Of a stretch of DNA of 64,000 bases, positions 28,739 to 37,459 are shown piece by piece. Numbering within the stretch: position 1 is the first letter of the stretch; the number at the start of each line of letters is the position of its first letter. The stretch is from an uncultured Candidatus Saccharibacteria bacterium (GTDB lineage: Bacteria > Patescibacteriota > Minisyncoccia > Phycocordibacterales > UBA9973): contig CAZHJZ010000002.1 in assembly GCA_964532495.1 (NCBI GenBank), forward strand, positions 1,693 to 65,692, given 5' to 3'. The notes beneath the pieces are model-generated. The model ran no database searches. It was not told the DNA's origin and saw only the letters and a program-made list of their open reading frames with translations. Both the position numbers and the translations under genes were made by a program.

Positions 28739-29455
28739 ATGAAAACACTTGTATTTTTGGATACTGAAACTACTGGTATTGGGCCTGACGATCGGCTCTG
28801 TCAGCTAGCGTATATAACTGAAGGAGAAACATATAACGAATTATTCAAACCCCCACTACGGATTCCAGCCGAAGCTAGCGCTGTTACTCACATTACAAAC
28901 AAAATGGTGGCAGACAAGCCAGCGTTTCAAGACTCTCCCGACTACGCGCGCATCAAGGCTCTCTTAGAAGACCCGAATACTATTATGGTTTGTCATAATG
29001 CTCAGTTTGATGAAGGAATGCTAATTCGGGAAGGAATTAACCCCTCACAGTATATTTGTTCGCTTAAAGTCATTCGATATTTGGACAAAGAAGCCAAGTT
29101 CACGCAATACAAGCTTCAATATCTTAGATATTTTCTTGAAATTGAGATTGAAGCCGCGGCTCACGATGCGCTTGGCGATGTATTAGTGCTTGAAAAGTTT
29201 TTTGATTACATTTTAGAAGCAATGATGAAAGAAACTGGCGGCGATGAGGACGCCGCTATTGCAAAGATGATAGAAATTTCGCAGAACCCCTCGTTACTTT
29301 CTAGTATTAATTTCGGTAAACACAACGGGAAGAAAATAGTTGAAGTTGCCCAGATCGATCCGAGCTATCTTGAATGGCTCCTTGCGCAAAAAATTCAAAA
29401 CCCTAATGGTGAAGAAGACTGGATCTATACGTTAAAGTTTCATTTAGGAAAATAA
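28739..29455 (+). CDS. DEDDh 3'-5' exonuclease (DnaQ/PolIII epsilon-like) with C-terminal extension
   Basis: Start at MKTLVFLDTETTG (Exo I), ...HNAQFD (Exo II), ...HDALGD (Exo III, DEDDh). Confidence 0.7.
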   Translation: MKTLVFLDTETTGIGPDDRLCQLAYITEGETYNELFKPPLRIPAEASAVTHITNKMVADKPAFQDSPDYARIKALLEDPNTIMVCHNAQFDEGMLIREGINPSQYICSLKVIRYLDKEAKFTQYKLQYLRYFLEIEIEAAAHDALGDVLVLEKFFDYILEAMMKETGGDEDAAIAKMIEISQNPSLLSSINFGKHNGKKIVEVAQIDPSYLEWLLAQKIQNPNGEEDWIYTLKFHLGK

Positions 29456-29456
29456 T

Positions 29457-29484
29457 AAAAAAAACGCCGTTAGGCGTTTTTTTT
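29457..29484. terminator. bidirectional rho-independent terminator
   Basis: AAAAAAAACGCC-GUUA-GGCGUUUUUUUU. Confidence 0.8.
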
Positions 29485-31849
29485 ATTGAGTGATAGTGGA
29501 ATCTGTTTCTGGCGCTGGAGTCGGATCAGGCGTCGGCTGTGGTTCTGGTGTAAGTTCCGTCTCCATTTGAGGTTGAGTGTCAGATATTACTTCAGGATCA
29601 CTGGCTGGTGGAGTTTCTTCTGGTGTAGTTGGTATTACCGGATCATTATTGAGTTGCCCCTGACTCCCCTGGTTTTGTCCAGAGATTTGATTTTTAAGTT
29701 CAATCAATTGTCGTACATCATTCTCTGTTAAACATTGACCGTCAACACAGAGCTGGTGAGTAGTAACTTTGTCTGAAGAAACATTTCCGAGTCCGTTTGT
29801 GCTACTTCCGAGCCATGACATGAGAGTAGTTTTGAAACTGCTATCACCTATTGTATCAAAATTCTCTATGTTCTTGATCTTAATATCTAATTCACGGATT
29901 GCCTGGAGATTAAGTAAATTTAATCGCGTGTAATTTACTTGTCGATAGCCATCCTTATCAAAGATAACCAAATCTGGAAAGACTGATTCAACATTTTGAG
30001 CAAGCACGCCTAGTTGAGGTATACCGCCAATAAAACCTCGAGACTGTGCTAGTTCGTTCCAGTCAAAAGTTACTAAGTTTACTTGTACAAGCTTATCAAG
30101 CACATTTCCTACTGGCTGAATATTTGTTTTTAAGCGTTCATCTGACGAACAACTTCCACCGAGAATTCCACCGGCAAAGTCTTTCAAACAGCCATTGGAG
30201 CCTGATGTACCGACGCGTATGTCGCCAAATACTTCAAGCTTGTCTCCAGTTGATGGTGTCACCCCTAATCCAACAAAGCCCCCATCCCACACAAGGTTGT
30301 TATTCATAATAAGCGATGTGTTTGCACCAGGAGTAGTCGGGCTGCCTTGTTCCTGCTCATACCGAAGCGTAATCGCTCCATCGACAATATCAATACTGTT
30401 TCGCAAATAGTTATTGATATCGTCAGAATTTTTATTTGAAAAGAGAGATACGCCATTGTTTGTTATATATACTGCTCTGTCGTCGGCACATGGAGTAGCG
30501 CCGGGAATATTGTCGTTACATCGGAAAAATGTTGCATCATCCTTGAACGAGGTGAAGCCGTAGCGCATATTTGTATTGAGGTTTCTTGTTTCCAAAATAC
30601 CCATTGTATTTCCTCCGTTTACTTTTCCGCCAATATCAACTGAAGTGTTTGCCGCATGGTCATTCAACCAAAGTGCTGTGCCATTGTCATCAAGGGCAAG
30701 AAATGAGTCGGTATTCGCATTCATGGTGGAATTCAACTGAACAGAGCCATCATTTGCCATACCAAAGGAATTGTTTGAAGTTGCACCATTGTTGTAAACC
30801 TGGAATAACCCTGGTTTCACATTAAAACTTATATTATCAGTAGAAACAGTTCCTCCCACTTGAAAAGACTTTGCACCATCGTCCCAAGTGAAATCGCTAC
30901 TTCCGCCAAATGCTCCGGTGTTATTAAACTGAATGCTTGTATCTGGTGCAGCCGGATTAGTTGGGCTTCCGCCGCCAACCGTTGCCCATGAGAAGTGACC
31001 AGAACCGTCAGTTACCATAGCTTGGCCATTCGTGCCGTCTACTGTCGGCATAGTAAAGAATGTTCCGTCGTAGTTATAGCGAAAACCACTTCCATCAAGC
31101 TCAATTCCTGTACTAATGCCGCCAGTTGTAGTTGAAGCTAAATTTATGCCACCCGATGCAGGCATGGTTAATACTGAGCCAGTTGAATTTATACCGTTAT
31201 TTGAGAAAAGCTTAATTCGTGGGTTGCCACCATTCCATTCATTTGCAATTGTTGTTGTTTGTTGTCCCGTAAAATCTAAAAGAAAACTCTGAACAGCCTT
31301 ACCTGAACCGACGTTCAAGTCTCCATTTAGCGTTCCGTAGACATATCCGGCTGTTGGATCAACTGATGTTACTCCTGCGAATTGTTCACCACCATCAAGG
31401 AAATTATCATTGTTCCCCATCCTTGTCTCTGTGCCGTCTCCGTGCGTAAAGGTGTTCATGAAGTCGCCGGCTACATGTACTGAATATCCAGGAGTTGTGG
31501 TTCCGATACCTACCTTGCCGTCAGCGAGAACGCGCATCGCCTCAGTATTATTTGTTTTTATTACAAAAGCCTGTGAGTCTGTGGTACCAATGAAGTTAGT
31601 TCCGGGGGTTGTACCTGCATTTCCGTTCAATCCCCATCCGCCAATGTTTTGAAAACAGTTAGACGATCCAGGCGCGCACCCTGGATCAAGGATGCTGTCT
31701 CCTGCAGCATATCCTCCAGATGGCGGAGTAGTCCCGTTCGGCAATTGAGCAGCCATAACCACATACGAATACCCTGTTACCGCAAAGATGCATAGAAATA
31801 GCAAAAAATACTTATTGGCAAATATGCTGCGCCTTGGGTTCATGTACAT
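29483..31849 (-). CDS. secreted tail-fibre-like protein with C-terminal intramolecular-chaperone (peptidase S74-like) motif, paralog 1
   Basis: 788 aa; signal peptide, conserved N-terminal block AQLPNGTTPPSGGYAAGDSILDPGCAPGSSNCFQN, Gly/Asn/Thr-rich fibre-like repeats, ...GGSCSSDERLKTNI... autoprocessing motif, coiled coil, Pro/Thr/Glu-rich tail. Confidence 0.6.
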   Translation of the reverse strand: MYMNPRRSIFANKYFLLFLCIFAVTGYSYVVMAAQLPNGTTPPSGGYAAGDSILDPGCAPGSSNCFQNIGGWGLNGNAGTTPGTNFIGTTDSQAFVIKTNNTEAMRVLADGKVGIGTTTPGYSVHVAGDFMNTFTHGDGTETRMGNNDNFLDGGEQFAGVTSVDPTAGYVYGTLNGDLNVGSGKAVQSFLLDFTGQQTTTIANEWNGGNPRIKLFSNNGINSTGSVLTMPASGGINLASTTTGGISTGIELDGSGFRYNYDGTFFTMPTVDGTNGQAMVTDGSGHFSWATVGGGSPTNPAAPDTSIQFNNTGAFGGSSDFTWDDGAKSFQVGGTVSTDNISFNVKPGLFQVYNNGATSNNSFGMANDGSVQLNSTMNANTDSFLALDDNGTALWLNDHAANTSVDIGGKVNGGNTMGILETRNLNTNMRYGFTSFKDDATFFRCNDNIPGATPCADDRAVYITNNGVSLFSNKNSDDINNYLRNSIDIVDGAITLRYEQEQGSPTTPGANTSLIMNNNLVWDGGFVGLGVTPSTGDKLEVFGDIRVGTSGSNGCLKDFAGGILGGSCSSDERLKTNIQPVGNVLDKLVQVNLVTFDWNELAQSRGFIGGIPQLGVLAQNVESVFPDLVIFDKDGYRQVNYTRLNLLNLQAIRELDIKIKNIENFDTIGDSSFKTTLMSWLGSSTNGLGNVSSDKVTTHQLCVDGQCLTENDVRQLIELKNQISGQNQGSQGQLNNDPVIPTTPEETPPASDPEVISDTQPQMETELTPEPQPTPDPTPAPETDSTITQ

Positions 31850-31941
31850 ATAGTATATGTCTAAATCCTTGATATACCAAGGAAAAACTGTGAATTAGCA
31901 TGTAAATTTTGCTGCAAATCAAATAATGATATACTTCTTGC

Positions 31942-32988
31942 ATGCAAACAGCTCTCATCGCCCTCATATCTATTGTCGTTGGTCTTGCCATTGGCGCTTT
32001 TTTCTTAAGACGGAAAGAAGAAAAAAAGACTGACGATACGGCCATGCAGTTGCTTCTCCAGCAAATCAATGAACTCTCAAGAACGGTAGATAGCAAGCTC
32101 GGTGAATCAAGCAAGCAAGTCAATGAGTCCCTTCGGTACCAATCAACCGAATCCAACAAGCTTATCCGCGAGATAACTGAAGAACTTACCCGTGTTTCTG
32201 AAGGCCAGAAACAAGTTATGTCATTTACCGATCAACTGCAAGATCTCCAAGATATATTGAAAAACCCAAAACAGCGAGGCATCTTGGGCGAATACTACCT
32301 TGAAACACTTCTCAAGAACGTCTTGCCTCCGGGCAGTTACCAAATGCAGTACGGATTTCCAAACGGAGATATTGTTGATGCTGCGGTTTTTGTAAAAGAT
32401 AAAGTAATACCGATTGATTCTAAGTTCTCTCTTGAGAACTACAATCGCATCAGCGAAACCAGAGATCCTGCAGAAAAAGAGCGTTTTGAAAAGATATTCT
32501 TGAACGATCTTAAAAATCGCATAGTTGAAACTTCAAAATATATCTTGCCGGAAAATGGCACTATGGATTTCGCGTTCATGTTTATCCCGCATGAAGCAAT
32601 TTATTATGATCTGATTATCAACAAAATAGGTGCTGTCACTGAAGATACTGAAAACCTCATCCAGCGTGCGGCAAGCAAGTATAAAGTCATCATTGTTTCG
32701 CCTACTTCGTTTTTGGCGTATCTCCAGACTGTTCTCCAGGGGTTGAGAGCAATGCAGATTGAGGAATCAGCAAAGGACATCATTAAACGTGTTGGTGAAC
32801 TTGGTGTGCATCTTCAGCGATATGAAGACTATCATAGCAAGCTTGGCAATGCCCTCTCGACAACCGTCAACCAATTCAATCTTTCAAGCAAAGAACTCAA
32901 GAAAGTAGACAAGGACGTGCTTCGTATTGCTGGCGTATCGCCAGACTTGAAACTCATCGAAGTCGTAAAGCCTGAGCTCGGAGAATAA
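31942..32988 (+). CDS. rmuC: DNA recombination protein RmuC
   Basis: 348 aa; N-terminal TM, coiled coil, C-terminal RmuC nuclease-like domain. Confidence 0.8.
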   Translation: MQTALIALISIVVGLAIGAFFLRRKEEKKTDDTAMQLLLQQINELSRTVDSKLGESSKQVNESLRYQSTESNKLIREITEELTRVSEGQKQVMSFTDQLQDLQDILKNPKQRGILGEYYLETLLKNVLPPGSYQMQYGFPNGDIVDAAVFVKDKVIPIDSKFSLENYNRISETRDPAEKERFEKIFLNDLKNRIVETSKYILPENGTMDFAFMFIPHEAIYYDLIINKIGAVTEDTENLIQRAASKYKVIIVSPTSFLAYLQTVLQGLRAMQIEESAKDIIKRVGELGVHLQRYEDYHSKLGNALSTTVNQFNLSSKELKKVDKDVLRIAGVSPDLKLIEVVKPELGE

Positions 32989-33021
32989 AAAAAATACTTC
33001 TTAGCTTTTGACTAAGAAGTA
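32986..33021. terminator. bidirectional terminator
   Basis: A8-UACUUCUUAG-cuuuuga-CUAAGAAGUA. Confidence 0.6.
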
Positions 33022-33044
33022 GTACTACTATTTATACATGCTCT

Positions 33045-33563
33045 CTAATGAGCGTGTTCTTGTATGCGTTTTCTTCGGGATGTTCGTGGTTTTGGCAATG
33101 CAATCTTTTGCATCAGAAGCGTGCGTACTTCAGTTTGAATAATAATTGCAGGATCACTCAAAAGTGATTGCTGCATAAGCATTGAATGGTGAACCCATTC
33201 ACGTATAGAATCTTTCCTATTGGAAAGTATCCAAAGATAGTAGCAAATAATTTTGTTCTTTTTCTCTACAAAATCTTTGCCGTCAGAAGAAAATAATATC
33301 AATCGCTCTTCGCTTAAGCCCATCCAGATATGGAGAGTTTTGTTCGGCAGTTTGAATGACTGTATGGGAAAATACTTTTCTATTTTTGTATCTTCTGGCA
33401 AATGAAAATTTACCGGCGTAACTATTTGGCATTGAGGAAGCGTATTTCCTCCCCAGATTTTGTTCCAATATTCGTTAAAGAATGCTGTTAAGTTTAATGC
33501 TCGCATAATGAAGTATTTTGGTGGCCGGAAAAAACTCCGCTGCAAGTTTTCTATGGCCGCCAA
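33045..33563 (-). CDS. hypothetical protein (isolated gene flanked by terminators)
   Basis: 172 aa (or 153 aa from internal Met), no recognised domain. Confidence 0.3.
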   Translation of the reverse strand: MAAIENLQRSFFRPPKYFIMRALNLTAFFNEYWNKIWGGNTLPQCQIVTPVNFHLPEDTKIEKYFPIQSFKLPNKTLHIWMGLSEERLILFSSDGKDFVEKKNKIICYYLWILSNRKDSIREWVHHSMLMQQSLLSDPAIIIQTEVRTLLMQKIALPKPRTSRRKRIQEHAH

Positions 33564-33571
33564 AATACAAT

Positions 33572-33617
33572 AAAAAAGGACGCTGTTCCAGTCACTGTAT
33601 CCATTGCGTCCTTTTTT
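33572..33617 (-). terminator. rho-independent terminator downstream of DUF3298 gene
   Basis: AAAAAAGGACGC-22nt-GCGUCCUUUUUU; followed by U-rich tract on minus strand. Confidence 0.6.
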
Positions 33618-33639
33618 GTCAAACCTATAGAATTGTGCG

Positions 33640-34416
33640 CTATTTAAGAAATTCTGGCTTTACTATTCCCTCCAATTCGCTAAATGGAATCGATACTTCT
33701 ATGATTCCCGCGGCGTATGAGGCAATAGCGTATTGCTGAAAGATAATGACAAGATTGCTTCCATTAAACGCGAATGTCGTAAAGTTTCCTGCGTCAGGTC
33801 CAGCGCTCTCAGCTAGCCATTCGGTGTTGATAGCTTCCTTATAATCTGGAAGTGCGAGGGCGTGCTGCTGTACCAATTCAGAAAATCGCTTAATCGCTGC
33901 TTCATCTACAAAGAGATCGGTGGCTACGATAGATTTTCCAGTAAAATCATACGTATATGTTTTTACAACCGTACCCCCGTGCGCTCCTCCTGAGTACGTG
34001 TATGTGTCTAACCGATGCGTCAAAAATGATGCGTTTCCATATGCTTTGTATTGGGTAATAAAGCTGTACTGACGATCTTTGGTGGGGCCGAATTCTTCCA
34101 ATTGTGTGGGAGTAAGCTTTGCTGGATCATTCTCTGCTTTGAACTGTGCTAGCTCCGCGTAGATACGGCCCTTGATATAGTCAGCTCCAAAGATATCTAC
34201 GGGATATTCTCCATGGATTTCAAACCCAGGACTGGAAGTATCTTTGAATGTTTCTTTTTTTATTGAGGAAATCGTAAATCCAGTTGGTTCTTGTATCTGA
34301 GCTTCTTCCTCAAGAACGGGATTGCGTACTATTACTTTTTCACGTATATACAACGCAACTCCTGCGATTACTATAAGTGCGAGAAATAATATGACCTTTG
34401 AGTAGTGTTTATTCAT
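33640..34416 (-). CDS. membrane-anchored DUF4163/DUF3298-domain protein (RsiV-like extracytoplasmic domain)
   Basis: 258 aa; N-terminal TM; YSGGAHG hallmark of DUF3298. Confidence 0.6.
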   Translation of the reverse strand: MNKHYSKVILFLALIVIAGVALYIREKVIVRNPVLEEEAQIQEPTGFTISSIKKETFKDTSSPGFEIHGEYPVDIFGADYIKGRIYAELAQFKAENDPAKLTPTQLEEFGPTKDRQYSFITQYKAYGNASFLTHRLDTYTYSGGAHGGTVVKTYTYDFTGKSIVATDLFVDEAAIKRFSELVQQHALALPDYKEAINTEWLAESAGPDAGNFTTFAFNGSNLVIIFQQYAIASYAAGIIEVSIPFSELEGIVKPEFLK

Positions 34417-34508
34417 AGTGAAAGTATACTCTCAATACAAACACCCCGCAAATAGTTTGCGGGGTGTTTGTATTGAGGCTTGGATCAGGAAATGAATCCT
34501 GTCCTACT

Positions 34509-34590
34509 TACACTTAATGGCTGCACGCCCTTGATCGCTAAAGTTTAAAAGTATCACGCGGGGCGCGGTAACTAGCCTACCGGCTAGTTA
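34509..34590 (-). ncRNA. conserved structured RNA element, copy B (hairpin with GGUA loop contains the dnaK TAG stop; followed by a 15-bp terminator-like hairpin before the next gene)
   Basis: UAACUAGCC-GGUA-GGCUAGUUA then CCGCGCCCCGCGUGAUAC...CGAUCAAGGGCGUGCAGCCAUUAAGUGUA; block order and pairing identical to copy A. Confidence 0.5.
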
Positions 34591-36467
34591 GTCTCAGCAT
34601 CCCGAATCTTTTCATCCTTCACCTCAGCATTCTGAGGTTCAGCTGTAGTACCAGCTTCTGCCTGGCCAGCCTTGTTCATTGCTTCGCCAATCTTTGACAT
34701 AGCAGCTGAAAGTTCCTGACTCGCTTTGGTAATAGCTTCGAGATCTGCGCCATCTTTTACTCCTTTGAGAGCGGTAATTTTAGCATTCACTTCGTCTTTC
34801 ACTTCAGCTGGAATCTTTGCTTCGTATTCCTTAAGTTCTTTTTCAGCTGAGAAGATCATCATTTCCGCAGTGTTCTTTGTTTCTGCGCCTTCTTTCTTTT
34901 TCTTGTCTTCTTCTGCGTGAAGTTCAGCATCTTTCTGCATTTTTTCGATTTCTTCTTTTGAAAGGCCAGATGAAGCTTCGATGCGGATAGTCTGAGTTTT
35001 TCCTGAAGACTTTTCCATTGCCTTCACATTCAAGATACCGTTAGCGTCCACATCAAAGGTAACTTCAACCTGAGGCATGCCTCGTGGTGCTGGTGGCACT
35101 CCATCGAGGATAAATCGTCCGAGAGACTTGTTGTCAGCGGCCATTGGTCGTTCACCCTGAACGATATGGATTTCAACCGAAGTCTGGTTATCAGCAGCGG
35201 TTGAGAATACCTGTGACTTTGAGGTTGGGATGGTAGTGTTTTTTTCGATGAGTTTTGTTCCAACGCCACCAAGTGTTTCAATACCGAGCGAAAGCGGAAT
35301 AACATCAAGCAAGAGCACATCGCGAACATCTCCCTTGAGAACTCCACCCTGAACTGCTGCTCCGAGAGCAACTACTTCATCTGGATTAACTGTGAGGTTT
35401 GGTTCCTTTCCGAAGAATGCTTTTACCGCAGCCTGCATTGCTGGCATACGAGTCTGTCCTCCAACGAGGATGACTTCATTGATTTCGCCAACTTTGAATG
35501 GTGATGCCTCGATAGCGCGTTTAGTGATCATCATTGCGCGGTCGATGAATTCCTGAGTCAATGTTTCGAGATCTGTTCGTGACATTGTTCGAACGAGGTG
35601 CAATGGTCCTGCTTCGCCAGATGTGATGAATGGAATGTTTACTTCTGTCTGAACTGCAGTTGAGAGTTCGATCTTTGCCTTTTCAGCAGCATCGTCGAGA
35701 CGCTGTCGAGCAAGCGCATCCTTGCGGAGGTCGATGCCGTTTTCCTTTTGGAATCCGTCTGCGAGCCAGTTGATGATTTTTTGGTCGATGTCTTTACCTC
35801 CCAAGTGTGAGTCACCATCAGATGACTTCACTTCAATAACATCATCTCCAACTTCGAGAACTGAAACGTCGAATGTTCCTCCTCCGAAGTCGAATACTGC
35901 AATCTTTTCGTTTTTGTTCTTGTTAAATCCGTATGCAAGCGCTGCAGCTGTCGGCTCGTTGATGATACGCATGACATCAAGTCCTGCGATCTTACCTGCG
36001 TCTTTTGTTGCCTGTCGCTGTGCGTCGTTGAAGTATGCTGGAACTGTAATAACGGCTTCAGTGATCGTCTCACCGATGCGAGATTCAGCATCTGCTTTCA
36101 TCTTCTGGAGAATCATCGCTGAGATTTCTTCAGGACGCTTCCATTCTTCTCCGAACTTTACTTCAATTCCGCCGTTTGCAGATTTGCGAACGTCGAATGG
36201 AACTGACTTGATGTCGCTCTGAACATCAGCTTCGTCGAAGTTGTGTCCGATGAAACGCTTGATCTGATAGATAGTGTTCTTTGGGTTTGTAACGCTCTGG
36301 CGTTTTGCAACCACACCAACCAATCGCTCGCCAGTTTTTGAAAGGGCGAGAATGGAAGGAGTCGTGCGCATGCCTTCAGCGTTTTCCAATATTTTCGGCT
36401 GACCACCTTCGATGATAGCAAAGGCCGAGTTTGTTGTACCGAGGTCAATACCAAGTATTTTACTCAT
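34584..36467 (-). CDS. dnaK: molecular chaperone DnaK (Hsp70)
   Basis: 627 aa; [27 protein letters not shown] signatures. Confidence 0.95.
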   Translation of the reverse strand: MSKILGIDLGTTNSAFAIIEGGQPKILENAEGMRTTPSILALSKTGERLVGVVAKRQSVTNPKNTIYQIKRFIGHNFDEADVQSDIKSVPFDVRKSANGGIEVKFGEEWKRPEEISAMILQKMKADAESRIGETITEAVITVPAYFNDAQRQATKDAGKIAGLDVMRIINEPTAAALAYGFNKNKNEKIAVFDFGGGTFDVSVLEVGDDVIEVKSSDGDSHLGGKDIDQKIINWLADGFQKENGIDLRKDALARQRLDDAAEKAKIELSTAVQTEVNIPFITSGEAGPLHLVRTMSRTDLETLTQEFIDRAMMITKRAIEASPFKVGEINEVILVGGQTRMPAMQAAVKAFFGKEPNLTVNPDEVVALGAAVQGGVLKGDVRDVLLLDVIPLSLGIETLGGVGTKLIEKNTTIPTSKSQVFSTAADNQTSVEIHIVQGERPMAADNKSLGRFILDGVPPAPRGMPQVEVTFDVDANGILNVKAMEKSSGKTQTIRIEASSGLSKEEIEKMQKDAELHAEEDKKKKEGAETKNTAEMMIFSAEKELKEYEAKIPAEVKDEVNAKITALKGVKDGADLEAITKASQELSAAMSKIGEAMNKAGQAEAGTTAEPQNAEVKDEKIRDAETN

Positions 36468-36578
36468 AGTTTTTACTCAAATTACTTCTAATGGTTGTTG
36501 CTAAAAGTTATCCACAGCTATTATATAGAACACTAGAACTTTTGACAAGTATTTCGTGACCACTAAATAACTGTTGAT

Positions 36579-36606
36579 ATTATATAGATATCTGATATAC
36601 TGTCAA
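36579..36606 (-). promoter_or_regulatory. putative sigma70 promoter for dnaK (TTGACA-16-TATAAT) within a divergent promoter region; no CIRCE element found
   Basis: hexamers on minus strand ~100 nt upstream of dnaK ATG; a second TTGTCA-17-TATAAT overlaps; plus-strand TTGACA-16-TAAATA faces the 36784 gene. Confidence 0.4.
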
Positions 36607-36625
36607 ATATCCAATAAATATTAGG

Positions 36626-36665
36626 TAAAAAGAAAAATGGCCAGCGCTCGAACGCTGGCCAATAA
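36626..36665 (-). terminator. strong hairpin terminator oriented on minus strand, upstream of the dnaK promoter
   Basis: GGCCAGCG-cucgaa-CGCUGGCC followed on minus strand by AUUUUUCUUUUU. Confidence 0.55.
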
Positions 36666-36783
36666 ATGATTGATAGATATAATTGTTGCCCTAAAAAATC
36701 GGCATTAAAAAGAACAACGCTACCACGTCCGAATATCGAGAACTTACGGACCTACATTCATAGACAATTATATCACACTATTT

Positions 36784-37314
36784 ATGAAAAAGCAAGACTA
36801 TTCAAAAAAAATCTTAAAGATCCTCTCTGAAAAACCAGCTATTTCAGTGCCTGAACTTGCCGAGAAGGTGGAAACTGATCCTACCAACAAAAAGCTTTCC
36901 TACGCCATTACACGCTCTCTGAAGGGCCTTCGGGAGGCCGGTCTGATCGAGAACTTGCCTTCCGGACAAGGACAATTTGCCCGCCTGACAAAAGAAGGTA
37001 GGAAAAAGGCTCATAGCCTGAACCTCGAATCAAGCTCCATGCTCCCCAACCCTATTTGGGATGGGTTCTGGCGTATTATTATTCTTGATCTCCCTGAAGA
37101 GCGTAAGAACGAGCGAGAGTCACTTCGCTATTTACTAAAGAAAGCAGGATTCGTTTGCCTTAAGAACTCAGTCTGGATATCTATGTACCCTTTCGAACAT
37201 TTGTTTAAAAATATAAAAAAAGATCTCGGGCTTACTACGGAATTTATTATCTTTGTTACGAATACGCTTGATGAAGAAACTGAAGTTGAATTCATGAAAG
37301 TATTTCAAAAATAA
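36784..37314 (+). CDS. winged-helix regulator with C-terminal Cas2-like domain (PaaX-like)
   Basis: 176 aa; N-terminal wHTH (ISVPELAEKV...), C-terminal WRIIILDLPEERKNERESLRYLLKKAGFVCLKNSVW matching Cas2 core pattern hhhhhYDxxxxxxRxRxxLxxxLxxxGxRxQxSVF. Confidence 0.45.
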   Translation: MKKQDYSKKILKILSEKPAISVPELAEKVETDPTNKKLSYAITRSLKGLREAGLIENLPSGQGQFARLTKEGRKKAHSLNLESSSMLPNPIWDGFWRIIILDLPEERKNERESLRYLLKKAGFVCLKNSVWISMYPFEHLFKNIKKDLGLTTEFIIFVTNTLDEETEVEFMKVFQK

Positions 37315-37350
37315 AACACCGACTTTCATCGGTGTTTTATTTTTATTTCT
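37313..37350 (+). terminator. rho-independent terminator
   Basis: AAAACACCGA-cuuuca-UCGGUGUUUU + UAUUUUUAUUU. Confidence 0.8.
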
Positions 37351-37459
37351 TTGGTTCCTTTGCCTTTTTAGGCTTCTTAACCTCCTTTCGCTGGCTGTTA
37401 TTTCCTTTTGCCATAAAATTATGTTGATTATTTGGTGCTAATACTTTTATTGTACACTA

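Noticed and set aside
36468-36783. CIRCE (TTAGCACTC-N9-GAGTGCTAA) operator upstream of dnaK
   Set aside because: Searched both strands of the dnaK and grpE upstream regions. No match or near-match found.
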